Source: Candidatus Magasanikbacteria bacterium RIFOXYC2_FULL_40_16
GTDB taxonomy: Bacteria > Patescibacteriota > Patescibacteriia > Magasanikbacterales > UBA922
Length of the DNA stretch: 52,961 nt
Reading direction: 5' to 3'
NCBI GenBank assembly: GCA_001783185.1
Contig: MFQY01000047.1
Coordinates: 1-52,961, forward strand
Both the position numbers and the translations under genes were made by a program. Below the pieces are notes generated by a model. It was not told where the DNA came from. It saw only the letters and a program-made list of their open reading frames with translations, and did no database searches. Shown here piece after piece: positions 44,510 through 52,961 of the stretch; the stretch's first letter is position 1, and every line of letters starts with the position of its first letter.

Positions 44510-45115
44510 ATGAAAAAACAACATAGCATAGTATCAATATTTATCTTAATAATTATAGTATTACTATCAGTAGTGGCAGCTTCCATTTTTGTATACTCAA
44601 AAATAAAACCAAATACCAAAACAACCGAGACAGAACAAAAACCAGAAAAAGAAGATAGTATGGAAGAGCAAATGGTGAGTACTATTATTGAAGGCGAAGA
44701 ATATAATACTTACAGAAATGAAGAGTATGGATTTGAATTTCAGTTTCCAAAAGACTGGTCGATAAAGGAGGAAGTTAGTGGAAATTATTATAGTAAAATT
44801 ACTGTATTTTCATCCCCAGGCACTATAGCAAGTACACTTAGCCCAGCCATACTGGTTAATGTTGTATTGCCAGAATTTGCTGATAATACATTTAATTCAT
44901 TAAATAAGATAAGTTCTAGTATCGAAGTTGATGGGGTGAAAGGAATCAAATATGAATATGAATATGGAGGGGTGCCTGAAATAGCAACAGTAGTATCACT
45001 TAGTAAGTACAAAATAATTTTAGGAACTATAGGTGTTAGGACTATAAATAATAAATTAGATTTTCATGAAAAAGAATATTACAATTTTTTGAATTCTTTT
45101 AAATTTTTAAGATGA
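44510..45115 (+). CDS. N-terminally anchored small protein, tandem paralog 1
   Basis: 201 aa with one TM segment, then EGEEYNTYRNEEYGFEFQFPKDWSIKEE..SFKFL. Confidence 0.7.
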   Translation: MKKQHSIVSIFILIIIVLLSVVAASIFVYSKIKPNTKTTETEQKPEKEDSMEEQMVSTIIEGEEYNTYRNEEYGFEFQFPKDWSIKEEVSGNYYSKITVFSSPGTIASTLSPAILVNVVLPEFADNTFNSLNKISSSIEVDGVKGIKYEYEYGGVPEIATVVSLSKYKIILGTIGVRTINNKLDFHEKEYYNFLNSFKFLR

Positions 45116-45663
45116 AAAAGAGAGATAGTATAATAACCATCTTCATTCTAACAACGGTCATCTTACTTGTAATTGTATTTGCTTGTCTTTTTGTATTTTA
45201 CAAAATTAAACCAGGGTTACAAAAATTACAAATAACACAAGAAGAAATTAAAAAACAAAACAATATTACTGAGGGAACTGAATTTAATACTTACCGTAAT
45301 GAAGAATTCGGGTTTGAATTTAATTTTCCAAAAGATTGGAAAATTAGAGAAAATGCCTTCGGTAGTGCTGTAAGTAAATTCAATTTAGTCATAGAACCAA
45401 CTAACATTAAATATCTACCACACCCAATAAGAATCAACATTCTGCCAAATGACTGGATAGAAAAAGTAACCAAAGATATGATTGAATCGGATAGATTATC
45501 AGTGGATGGAGTTAGTGGAGTCAAATATAAAGAATTGGACATGGGGCTACCACAGATAGAATATATATTTCCTTTAGGTGATAATAAAATTGTCATAGGA
45601 GGGAAGGAACAATATGAGGCTACACTAAATGAAGTTTTATCAACATTCAAATTTCTAAAATAG
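45112..45663 (+). CDS. N-terminally anchored small protein, tandem paralog 2
   Basis: 183 aa sharing the EGTEFNTYRNEEFGFEFNFPKDWKIREN core. ATGA overlap with paralog 1. Confidence 0.7.
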   Translation: MKKRDSIITIFILTTVILLVIVFACLFVFYKIKPGLQKLQITQEEIKKQNNITEGTEFNTYRNEEFGFEFNFPKDWKIRENAFGSAVSKFNLVIEPTNIKYLPHPIRINILPNDWIEKVTKDMIESDRLSVDGVSGVKYKELDMGLPQIEYIFPLGDNKIVIGGKEQYEATLNEVLSTFKFLK

Positions 45664-45664
45664 A

Positions 45665-46240
45665 ATGAAAAAAAACATAATAACAATATACGTCATAATT
45701 TTTATTGTTCTACTTACAGTTGTAGGTGCCTCTCTTTTTGTATTCTCTACAATTAAACCAAAACAAAAAATAATAAATTCAAATAATGGTGAACAAAAAA
45801 CTCAAATCGTGGAAACTAAAGGGACAAAACTACGGGGTGTTATTATTGAAGGAACTGAATTTAATACTTACCGTAATGAGGAATTCGGGTTTGAATTTAA
45901 GTTTCTAAGAGACTGGAAGTTAGAAGAAAATTCCTTTGGTAGTTATTACAGTAAATTTAACATAGTATTATCACCATCTACAGGGCAAAAAGTTTTGTTC
46001 CCAATTTTGATCAATGTTGTCTTGCCTGAATTTGCTGATCGTAGTTTTAATTCTGTAGAAAAAATTACTTCTGAAATAATAGTAGACGGTATAAGTGGAA
46101 TAAAACATGAGTATGAATTTGAGGGATTTTCAGAAACTGCTATTATATTACCACTTGGAGAATATAAGATAATTTTGGGTATTAACATTTACGAAAATGG
46201 GTACAATGATTTTCTTAAAACGTTCAAGTTCCTAAAATAG
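45665..46240 (+). CDS. N-terminally anchored small protein, tandem paralog 3
   Basis: 191 aa with EGTEFNTYRNEEFGFEFKFLRDWKLEEN..TFKFLK. Confidence 0.7.
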   Translation: MKKNIITIYVIIFIVLLTVVGASLFVFSTIKPKQKIINSNNGEQKTQIVETKGTKLRGVIIEGTEFNTYRNEEFGFEFKFLRDWKLEENSFGSYYSKFNIVLSPSTGQKVLFPILINVVLPEFADRSFNSVEKITSEIIVDGISGIKHEYEFEGFSETAIILPLGEYKIILGINIYENGYNDFLKTFKFLK

Positions 46241-46241
46241 A

Positions 46242-46442
46242 ATGAAAAAACAAAATAGCGTAATAACAATATTCATCTTAATTATTGTAGTATTACTATC
46301 AATAGTGGCAGCTTCCATTTTTGTATACTAAAAAATAAAACCAAATACCAGAATAATTGAATCTCTTCAAAATGATGTTAGCACTTATGTGCCTGAACTT
46401 TTGAAGTTTGATTTTGATGTGAGAGTATTGGGTGAAAATTAA
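46242..46442 (+). pseudogene. Chimeric pseudogene: 5' end of a fourth anchored paralog fused to the last about 23 codons of a beta-helix/Vps62-type gene
   Basis: A single frame reads MKKQNSVITIFILIIVVLLSIVAASIFVY*KIKPNTRIIESLQNDVSTYVPELLKFDFDVRVLGEN*. The N-part matches 44510.. and the C-part matches the end of 11278..14463 (NEVSTYVPELLKFDFDVKVMVEN). Confidence 0.65.
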
Positions 46443-46849
46443 TAACCCATTGTAAAGAGAATATTAAATAAACCATCCGTGCTTATTTTTGCAATAGCTA
46501 TTATTAAAATTGGAAATATAATATTTACTTTTTTTCTTCTGAAAGTCAAAAATAAAAGAAGAATTAAAATTACATAATATAATAAAAACATATATATATT
46601 TTTATAAATCAGGTTAGTACTTAAATTAAAATGCAATTCTGATTTTAATATAAAGTAAAACCCACTAGCAAGATAATTAAAATAATCAAATATTTTTTTT
46701 AAAATAGATCCGTCTAATTGTGAAAATATATATATACTTTTCAAAATAGACAGGCTAAGCAATCCTCCCCAAAATTTTCTTCCTAAATACCAAGGTACTA
46801 TTTCATTATTTGATTTTTTGTTTTGTTCTTCTTTTTTAAGTAAGTCCAT
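46439..46849 (-). CDS. Small polytopic membrane protein (paralog of 10868..11281)
   Basis: Start set at MDLLKKEE by alignment with the paralog. It has the same TTAA convergent stop overlap as at 11278-11281. Confidence 0.6.
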   Translation of the reverse strand: MDLLKKEEQNKKSNNEIVPWYLGRKFWGGLLSLSILKSIYIFSQLDGSILKKIFDYFNYLASGFYFILKSELHFNLSTNLIYKNIYMFLLYYVILILLLFLTFRRKKVNIIFPILIIAIAKISTDGLFNILFTMGY

Positions 46850-46920
46850 ATAGCCGTATTGAAAAAATAATACTAAATTTAGTATAGCACAAGTATATAT
46901 TGAAATTGAAATACATACTG

Positions 46921-46949
46921 TTGACAACCTAATGCGCTTATGCTATACT
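46921..46949 (+). promoter_or_regulatory. Sigma70-like promoter (extended -10) of rpsO
   Basis: TTGACA, 17-nt spacer ending TGC, then TATACT. An about 100-nt hairpin-rich leader follows. Confidence 0.5.
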
Positions 46950-47050
46950 AAACCCATTAAAAATTCCCGATTAAATCGGGATTCGGACCATGAAAGCCCT
47001 GAAAAGGGATAACATGCTAGGCATAGGCCCGATAATAAATATTGGCATGT

Positions 47051-47395
47051 ATGTTAGATAAACAAAAAAAACAGAAGCTTATCAAAAAGTTTCAAACCCA
47101 CGCTGACGATACCGGTTCAAGCGAAGTCCAAATAGCGATTTTATCGGCGGAAATAGACGAGTTGGTGGAGCATTTGAAACAAAACCCGAAGGATCACTCT
47201 TCACGAAGAGGCCTTTTGAAAAAAGTCGGAGAAAGAAGAAGATTATTGAGGTTCTTGAAGAAAGAAAACCTTAAATCTCATGAAGACTTGGTAAAAAAGC
47301 TTAAACTTAAGCAGTCAAAAGTTTTAGACAATCCTCAAGATGAAATTGATATTGAAGAGGATAAAGATGAACAAGATGATCAAATTGAAAAGTAA
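47051..47395 (+). CDS. rpsO: 30S ribosomal protein S15 with acidic C-terminal extension
   Basis: TGSSEVQIAILSAEIDELVEHLKQNPKDHSSRRGLLKKVGERRRLLRFLKK is the S15 core, followed by about 25 extra acidic residues. First ATG used (the track starts at a TTG). Confidence 0.9.
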   Translation: MLDKQKKQKLIKKFQTHADDTGSSEVQIAILSAEIDELVEHLKQNPKDHSSRRGLLKKVGERRRLLRFLKKENLKSHEDLVKKLKLKQSKVLDNPQDEIDIEEDKDEQDDQIEK

Positions 47396-47984
47396 AACAA
47401 ACAATCCTATCATACACCCCCACCAAAGAGTTGGGGTGTTTATAGATGTGCAGAATTTGTATTATAGCGCCAAGAATCTATACAGAAAGAAAGTTAATTT
47501 TGGCAATATTTTGAAGGAAGCGGTGGCCGGACGCCAACTGATTCGCGCGATTGCTTATGTGGTCAGAACCGAATCAAAAGAAGAGACCCCGTTTTTTGAC
47601 GCGTTGTATAATTTAGGCATAGAAACGAGAGAAAAAGATTTGCAGATTTTTTATTCAGGATTGAAAAAAGCGGATTGGGATGTCGGTCTCGCGGTTGACG
47701 CAATCAGGCTGGCGCCGAGTTTGGACGCGGTAGTGATTGTGTCGGGCGATGGCGATTATTTGCCGTTGATTGAGTATTTGCAAAAAAGTTCCGGCAAGCA
47801 TGTGGAAGTGGCCGCGTTCGGCGAAACATCTTCCTCAAAATTATTGGATGCCGCGGACAGTTTTATTGATTTGAGTGAAGATAAAGAAAAATTCTTGATT
47901 CCGGATAGAACCCAGATGGAAAGAAGATTGCCGAGTGGAAATTTTAATAAAATAAAAAATAATAAAAAAAGAATAAGTAAATAA
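47367..47984 (+). CDS. NYN-domain (LabA/DUF88-like) protein
   Basis: RVGVFIDVQNLYYSAKN and VIVSGDGDYLPLIEYLQ. The start is ambiguous (ATGs at 47340, 47367, 47376) and overlaps the rpsO 3' end. Confidence 0.8.
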   Translation: MNKMIKLKSKTNNPIIHPHQRVGVFIDVQNLYYSAKNLYRKKVNFGNILKEAVAGRQLIRAIAYVVRTESKEETPFFDALYNLGIETREKDLQIFYSGLKKADWDVGLAVDAIRLAPSLDAVVIVSGDGDYLPLIEYLQKSSGKHVEVAAFGETSSSKLLDAADSFIDLSEDKEKFLIPDRTQMERRLPSGNFNKIKNNKKRISK

Positions 47985-48114
47985 TTTCCGCCAGAGGCGG
48001 ATCAGCCTTTGGCTGAAATTTTAATTTATAAGGATTGGTCCGGAGACACCTAGGTTTGCGCGCGATTATCGCGCTATGCAGATCTATAGTATCTGGATCA
48101 ATCCAACAAAATAT

Positions 48115-50343
48115 ATGTTGGATATCAAAAATTGGTCCATCGAATGGGGTGGACGAACATTGTCTGTTGAGACAGGCAGATTTGCATTGCAAGCCGATGC
48201 AAGTTGTACAGTACGCTATGGCGATACTGTTATTATGGCTACCGTGACACAGAGCAAAAATGTCAGAGAAGGGATAGACTTTTTCCCTTTAATGGTTGAT
48301 TTTGAGGAAAAGCTTTATGCCGCCGGCAAGATAAAAGGCTCCCGTTTTATAAAACGCGAGGGGCGTCCGTCTGATGAAGCGATATTATCCGGACGAGTTA
48401 TTGACCGCGCTATCCGCCCTCTTTTTGACGAGAGAGTCAGGAATGAAGTGCAGGTTGTGGTTACTTCGCTTTCGGTTGATGGCAAGAACGACGCGACTAT
48501 CACCGGTCTTATTGCCGCCAGTTGCGCGATTAATATGTCGTCATTGCCTTGGAACGGCCCGATCGGCGCCGCCAGAATCGGACGCGTTAACGGCGAATTG
48601 GTTTTAAATATAACCGCCGACAAGATTCACACGGAAAGCGACCTTGATTTGGTTGTTTCCGGCACTCCGGAAAAATTGATTATGGTGGAATCGGGCGCGA
48701 AGGAAGTCAAGGAAGATGATATGTTTGAAGCGATTAAATGGGGTTGTGAGCAGTTAAAACCGGTGCTTGATTTGATTGAAAAAGTGCGCGCCGAGGCTGG
48801 TAAAGAAAAAATGGCTTTACCCGCGTCTTTTGATGACCCGGAAAATCCGGCGGAAAAAGTGAAAAAGGCGACGCAAGAATTTGTTGCCGGTGTGGCCGAT
48901 TCAATGATTTTCAATTCCGTGAAAATAAGCAGGAAAGAAAGAAATGTGATGATTGACGGAATTAAGGAAGCGTTGAAAGCTCATTTGACGGAAAAAGGTT
49001 TTGCGGAAGACGCGCAAGGTCCGGGCTTGGAAAACTTGAAGGAATATATTGCCAATGAAATCACCAAAAGAATTTTGGATAAAGATCAGAGATTGGACGG
49101 CAGAAAAATAACCGAAATCCGCGAATTGCAAACTGCGATTGATTTGCTTCCCCGCACTCACGGTTCAGCGATGTTTATGCGCGGAGACACGCAAGTGTTG
49201 TCAATCGTGACGTTGGGTTCTCCGGGCGATGTGCAGACTTTGGAAACAATGGAAGAAGAAGGCACTAAACGCTATATGCATCATTACAATGACGCGCCAT
49301 ACGCTTACGGCGAAACCGGAATGATGCGTGGTCCGGGTCGTCGCGCGATTGGACACGGCGCTCTTGCCGAGCGCGCGCTTGAGCCGGTATTGCCGGAAGT
49401 GGCGCAATTCCCATACACGATGCGCGTGGTTTCAGAAGTTTTGGGATCAAACGGGTCAAGTTCAATGGCTTCAACTTGCGGTTCAAGTATGTCTTTGATG
49501 GCGGCTGGCGTGCCGATTAAAAAACCGGTGGCTGGAATCGCTATGGGTTTGGCGTCAAACGAAGCCGGAGATTGGAAAGTATTAACTGACTTACAGGATA
49601 TTGAAGACGGCAAAGGCGGAATGGACTTTAAGATTGCCGGCACTCGCGATGGCATCACCGCCATACAAATGGATACCAAAACAAAAGGTTTGAGTTGGGA
49701 TTTGGTAAAACAAACAATCAAACAATCTTACGAAGCCCGTCTTGAAGTTTTGTCAGCGATGGAAAAATCAATCAGCCAGCCAAAACCGGAATTATCAGAA
49801 TTTGCTCCTCGCATTGAAACCATTATGATTGATCCGGACAAGATTCGCGATGTTATCGGTCCGGGCGGAAAGATTATTAATAAAATTATTGACGAAACCG
49901 GCGTGCAAATTGATATTGAACAAGACGGCCGGGTGATGATTACTTCTGTGCAAGGCGAAGGTATGACCAGAGCCAAGAAAATGATTGAAGATTTGGTTAA
50001 AGAAGTTGAGCCGGGCGAAGAGTATGACGGCAAAGTCGTCCGTTTGGAAGATTTTGGCGCGTTTGTTCAGCTTTTGCCGGGCAAAGACGGCTTGGTTCAT
50101 GTCAGCGAAATCGCTTGGGAAAGAGTGGATAAACCGGGTAATGTTTTGAGCATCGGCGATACGGTTAGAGTAGTGGTCAAAGAAATTGATAATTTGGGCA
50201 GAGTTAATCTTTCAATGAAAGCGCTTAAACCAAAGCCGGAAGGTTGGACTCCTCCACCGCCAAGAACAGGCGGATTTGACCGGGACAGAGGAGGAGACAG
50301 AAACAGAAAACCGGGCGGTTTTAGGAAACCGTTTAAGAGGTAA
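48115..50343 (+). CDS. pnp: Polyribonucleotide nucleotidyltransferase (PNPase) with Arg/Gly-rich tail
   Basis: Two RNase PH domains, KH (IRDVIGPGGKIINKI) and S1 (GKVVRLEDFGAFVQLLPGKDGLVHVSE). Start set at MLDIKNWSIEWGGR. Confidence 0.95.
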   Translation: MLDIKNWSIEWGGRTLSVETGRFALQADASCTVRYGDTVIMATVTQSKNVREGIDFFPLMVDFEEKLYAAGKIKGSRFIKREGRPSDEAILSGRVIDRAIRPLFDERVRNEVQVVVTSLSVDGKNDATITGLIAASCAINMSSLPWNGPIGAARIGRVNGELVLNITADKIHTESDLDLVVSGTPEKLIMVESGAKEVKEDDMFEAIKWGCEQLKPVLDLIEKVRAEAGKEKMALPASFDDPENPAEKVKKATQEFVAGVADSMIFNSVKISRKERNVMIDGIKEALKAHLTEKGFAEDAQGPGLENLKEYIANEITKRILDKDQRLDGRKITEIRELQTAIDLLPRTHGSAMFMRGDTQVLSIVTLGSPGDVQTLETMEEEGTKRYMHHYNDAPYAYGETGMMRGPGRRAIGHGALAERALEPVLPEVAQFPYTMRVVSEVLGSNGSSSMASTCGSSMSLMAAGVPIKKPVAGIAMGLASNEAGDWKVLTDLQDIEDGKGGMDFKIAGTRDGITAIQMDTKTKGLSWDLVKQTIKQSYEARLEVLSAMEKSISQPKPELSEFAPRIETIMIDPDKIRDVIGPGGKIINKIIDETGVQIDIEQDGRVMITSVQGEGMTRAKKMIEDLVKEVEPGEEYDGKVVRLEDFGAFVQLLPGKDGLVHVSEIAWERVDKPGNVLSIGDTVRVVVKEIDNLGRVNLSMKALKPKPEGWTPPPPRTGGFDRDRGGDRNRKPGGFRKPFKR

Positions 50344-50387
50344 TTGTTAGGTTGTAGGTTGTAGCTTGTAGCTTTGTAGCTTGTAGG
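50344..50387. repeat. Short tandem word repeat (TTGTAGG/TTGTAGC)
   Basis: TTGTTAGGTTGTAGGTTGTAGCTTGTAGCTTTGTAGCTTGTAGG lies directly after the pnp stop. Confidence 0.6.
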
Positions 50388-50443
50388 AAATAAGAGAGAA
50401 GATGTGAGACGGAAGAGATAGACAAAAGACTTAAGACATAAGA

Positions 50444-50490
50444 AAAACTCCCCCGATTTAGTCGGGGGAGTTTTGGTTTTTATTTTTTTG
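50444..50490 (+). terminator. Intrinsic terminator after pnp
   Basis: AAAACTCCCCCGA-TTTA-GTCGGGGGAGTTTT plus T-runs. Confidence 0.65.
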
Positions 50491-50497
50491 TTGTTTT

Positions 50498-50622
50498 TGT
50501 CATTGCGAGGAGTCCCAAGACGACGTCGCAATCCCGTCTTGTCATTCCCGTGAAAGCGGGAATCCAGTAATTTAAAATCTAATGCCTAAAACCTAATCCC
50601 TAAATAATCTAAATAAGTCATT
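50498..50622. repeat. Family-B unit followed by the left copy of an about 84-bp direct repeat (family-C hairpin plus CCTAA word tail)
   Basis: TGTCATTGCGAGGAGTCCCAAGACGACGTCGCAATCCC is followed by TTGTCATTCCCGTGAAAGCGGGAATCCAGTAATTTAAAATCTAATGCCTAAAACCTAATCCCTAAATAATCTAAATAAGTCATT (50539-50622). Confidence 0.65.
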
Positions 50623-50749
50623 ATATAAATGTTATTTTACCTTGACAAAAGCAATAAAATATGCTACCGTTTTGTCAAATCGACTGTGGAAAGGGATTGT
50701 GCCCAGTAAGCCAACCTGATTCCCGGCGACAGACAGAAGGAGAAAAGCG

Positions 50750-51463
50750 ATGTCGGTTAACCTATATCTCAGTGAAAAAGTCCGAGAACTTCCCGGTTTC
50801 GAGAGTAAGCCTTACAGCGATGGCTCCGGCGATGAGATGAGGATCAAAGGAATGCGGTTGCAAGGAGACAAAGGACGTTTCTATCTCTATTGGGACATGA
50901 GTGATTCCCTCTCGGATGAACTCAAGGACTTGGTGGAGGAGATTTCATGCTACGAGACGATTCCTCAGATGGGATACCGAGAATCCGGTATCTATCGGCA
51001 CGGAAGCGCGGAGTGCGAACTCATCCCTGAAGATCAGGGAAACAGCAAGCGCCAAAAGTTGGTGTATAGACTCAAGATCACCGCGAGCAAACTGGAAGAT
51101 GTCAGGGAAATTCTCCACAAGGTGAAGACCGGGGCGATTCGTCCCGAGGAAAGCTACGAGTGTCGCCAAAGCGGCAAAGATCGTTCGGAGCTTGAAAGAG
51201 AGCTCTCTCATACTAAAGAGATGCGGGATTCGGCGTTGCAGGTGGTCAAAGATCTTATGAATGAATTGGAATCGGTGAACCATGACTTCTCCCGTTTCAC
51301 CGATGATTATGTTGAGTTGCAAAAAAAGATCACCCGTATGTACAATTTCGCTGGTGACTTGCTTGGCCGTCAAGACGGCAAAAAAAAGGCCTTCCGTTGG
51401 CCGTTCGTGAGTCGACTGGGTGTGGTAGATAAGATGCTCCGTGCCCTTGATGGCAAAGAGTAA
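50750..51463 (+). CDS. Hypothetical 237-aa protein (G+C-rich cassette, coiled-coil-like C-terminal half)
   Basis: ORF preceded by AAGGAGAAAAGCG-ATG. Composition differs from the flanks. No motif recognised. Confidence 0.6.
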   Translation: MSVNLYLSEKVRELPGFESKPYSDGSGDEMRIKGMRLQGDKGRFYLYWDMSDSLSDELKDLVEEISCYETIPQMGYRESGIYRHGSAECELIPEDQGNSKRQKLVYRLKITASKLEDVREILHKVKTGAIRPEESYECRQSGKDRSELERELSHTKEMRDSALQVVKDLMNELESVNHDFSRFTDDYVELQKKITRMYNFAGDLLGRQDGKKKAFRWPFVSRLGVVDKMLRALDGKE

Positions 51464-51465
51464 TC

Positions 51466-51517
51466 AACCCCGTACTAGACAAGCCCTGTGCCTGTTTGGA
51501 CGGGGTTTTGTTTTTTT
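51466..51517 (+). terminator. Intrinsic terminator
   Basis: AACCCCGT...ACGGGGTT stem followed by TTGTTTTTTT. Confidence 0.5.
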
Positions 51518-51599
51518 GTCATTCCCGTGACTACGGGAATCCAGTAATTTAAAACCTAATGCCTAAAACCTAATCCCTAAATAATCTAAATAAGTCATT
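51516..51599. repeat. Right copy of the about 84-bp direct repeat
   Basis: TTGTCATTCCCGTGACTACGGGAATCCAGTAATTTAAAACCTAATGCCTAAAACCTAATCCCTAAATAATCTAAATAAGTCATT is near-identical to 50539-50622. Confidence 0.65.
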
Positions 51600-51685
51600 T
51601 GACATAGGGCTGGATTTATGGTTAAGTATGCGAACAAACGGTCATTATTTATACAAATAATTTTATAAATTTTAACTTTAACTCT

Positions 51686-52961
51686 ATGCGCAAATCGCGT
51701 TTGGGCCGGATTGCTTCTTCCTGCGGGGGCTTTTTTAGGCGTTTTTTAATCGTCGCAGTGGTTTTAAATATGTCTTTTGGTGGGTTGTTTGGCGCGGTAG
51801 TAACAGTCAAAGCTGCCGGAGCGCCGGTGCCTTTTAGCGAGAATTTTGGTATAGACACAACAGGTACCAATAATGTGCCAAATTGGAGCGAAGATGATGG
51901 AGACGGTGCAGGTACTAAAGTCATAGTTTCTAATAATGGAAGTGACAATAATGGTGAGAGCCCTGATGGTGGCAGATTTGTTGTGGTGGATGGTGATGGC
52001 GGTTGGATTTGTAGAGAAATTGATGCTTCAGATTACCACTCGTTGGAGATGTCATATTATTGGCGTGGCGATAAAGATGCTAATAATAGTAATGACGATG
52101 GAGTTATTGAATATAAAAAAAGTGGTAATTGTAATGATTCTTCCGGTTGGACATTTCTTAGGAACCACGGTTTAAAAGATACTTATTTACACTGGTCTCA
52201 TCAGTTAAATTTTTCTATTTCTGAATTGGATGGGAGTTCTTTCTTTTTGAGATTTAGAGCGGATTCAAACAATGATAAGGAAGAGTTCAGAGTTGATGGA
52301 ATAAGTATCACCGGAATTGAGGACGATACCATTCCTCCGGTTATTGAACCAATGTCGGATTATCATGATGAAGCTTTAACTCCAACCGGACAAGCTGTGA
52401 CGTATCTTTATCCAACCGCCAATGATAATGTTGACCCGACAGTTGAAGTGACTTGCGAACCGGCAACCGGTTCAGATTTTCCAATGGGGCCAACCGTAGT
52501 AACTTGTAATGCTACCGATAGCGCCGGCAATCACGCAATACCTACCACTTTTAATATAATTGTTGAAGATACCACTCCTCCGGAATTTATTTGGGATGAA
52601 ATCAATCCGGTGGAATTGGTTGTGGGCGATAGTTTTGATCCGACAGAAGGTGTCAGCGCGGTTGATAATATAGATGGGCCGGTTATTATTGAGATCAGCG
52701 GAACTGTTAATAATATGGTTCCTGAAACTTATTATATTGTTTATACCGCAATTGATAATGCCGAGAACGAAGCGCAACTTATCCGCACCGTTATGGTTTC
52801 AGATGTCAACGCGCCGGTAATTAATTCGATTGCCGACATAACCGTAGAAGCGGAAGGTCCGGACGGGGTAGTAGTTGATTATGGAATTATCACCGCTACT
52901 GATGATGTAGATGGAGATATGGATGCGACTTGCGATCCGGTATCAGGTTCTCTTTTCCCGA
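51686..52961 (+). CDS. Secreted surface protein with HYR/Ig-like repeats (partial, runs off the window)
   Basis: Read from sequence; absent from the ORF track because no stop is reached. MRKSRLGRIASS..signal/TM..AAGAPVPF, then repeated D..PP.I......(E/V)A..P.G..V.Y....A.D..D......C.P.SGS.FP.G.T.V.C.A.D..GN units typical of HYR domains. No stop through 52961. Confidence 0.8.
   Translation, partial: MRKSRLGRIASSCGGFFRRFLIVAVVLNMSFGGLFGAVVTVKAAGAPVPFSENFGIDTTGTNNVPNWSEDDGDGAGTKVIVSNNGSDNNGESPDGGRFVVVDGDGGWICREIDASDYHSLEMSYYWRGDKDANNSNDDGVIEYKKSGNCNDSSGWTFLRNHGLKDTYLHWSHQLNFSISELDGSSFFLRFRADSNNDKEEFRVDGISITGIEDDTIPPVIEPMSDYHDEALTPTGQAVTYLYPTANDNVDPTVEVTCEPATGSDFPMGPTVVTCNATDSAGNHAIPTTFNIIVEDTTPPEFIWDEINPVELVVGDSFDPTEGVSAVDNIDGPVIIEISGTVNNMVPETYYIVYTAIDNAENEAQLIRTVMVSDVNAPVINSIADITVEAEGPDGVVVDYGIITATDDVDGDMDATCDPVSGSLFP

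Noticed and set aside
19000-51600. Possibility that the recurring hairpin repeats are a CRISPR array
   Set aside because: The copies are dispersed, of several unrelated families, in both orientations, and without regular repeat-spacer periodicity. No cas genes are present.
51649-52777. ORFs 51649..51948 (-), 51936..52175 (+), 52472..52777 (-)
   Set aside because: They are antisense to or out of frame with the long open frame from 51686 to the window end. That frame has HYR-type repeats and a signal sequence.

Overview
AT-rich bacterial chromosomal segment using the standard code (TGA serves as a stop). The small genes, rpoB-rpoC with no rplJL upstream, dense hairpin repeats and a CPR-type DGR suggest a CPR/Patescibacteria-like genome; this is inference, not proof. 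Core genes: AI-2E permease, pseudouridine synthase, Nudix, three RNA methyltransferases, recA, ftsK, rpoB, rpoC, yebC-family, ruvC, rpsO, an NYN-domain gene, pnp, and an envelope-glycan cluster (LtaS/sulfatase-like, acyltransferase, O-antigen-ligase-like, Wzx flippase, SpoIID). The key accessory content is a complete diversity-generating retroelement at about 36.9-39.6 kb. It has a small G+C-rich target gene whose last 100 nt (VR) differ from a downstream 100-nt template repeat (TR) only at TR adenines. It also has an Avd-like gene on the opposite strand, broken at a G10/C10 tract, and a DGR-type reverse transcriptase carrying an in-frame 45-codon insertion made of hairpin repeats. Other accessory content: two very AT-rich blocks encoding paralogous about 1060-aa secreted beta-helix proteins with different C-terminal domains (Vps62-like versus NlpC/P60); a tandem array of small anchored paralogs ending in a chimeric pseudogene; a tRNA-Ser(CGA) plus a degenerate second copy bracketing one block; several G+C-rich single-gene cassettes, each with its own consensus promoter and terminator; and families of palindromic repeats found between genes and also in frame inside genes (O-antigen-ligase-like gene, ftsK tail, RT). 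No rRNA, CRISPR array, integrase or transposase was seen. Coordinates I derived from raw sequence rather than the ORF track may be off by 1-2 nt.
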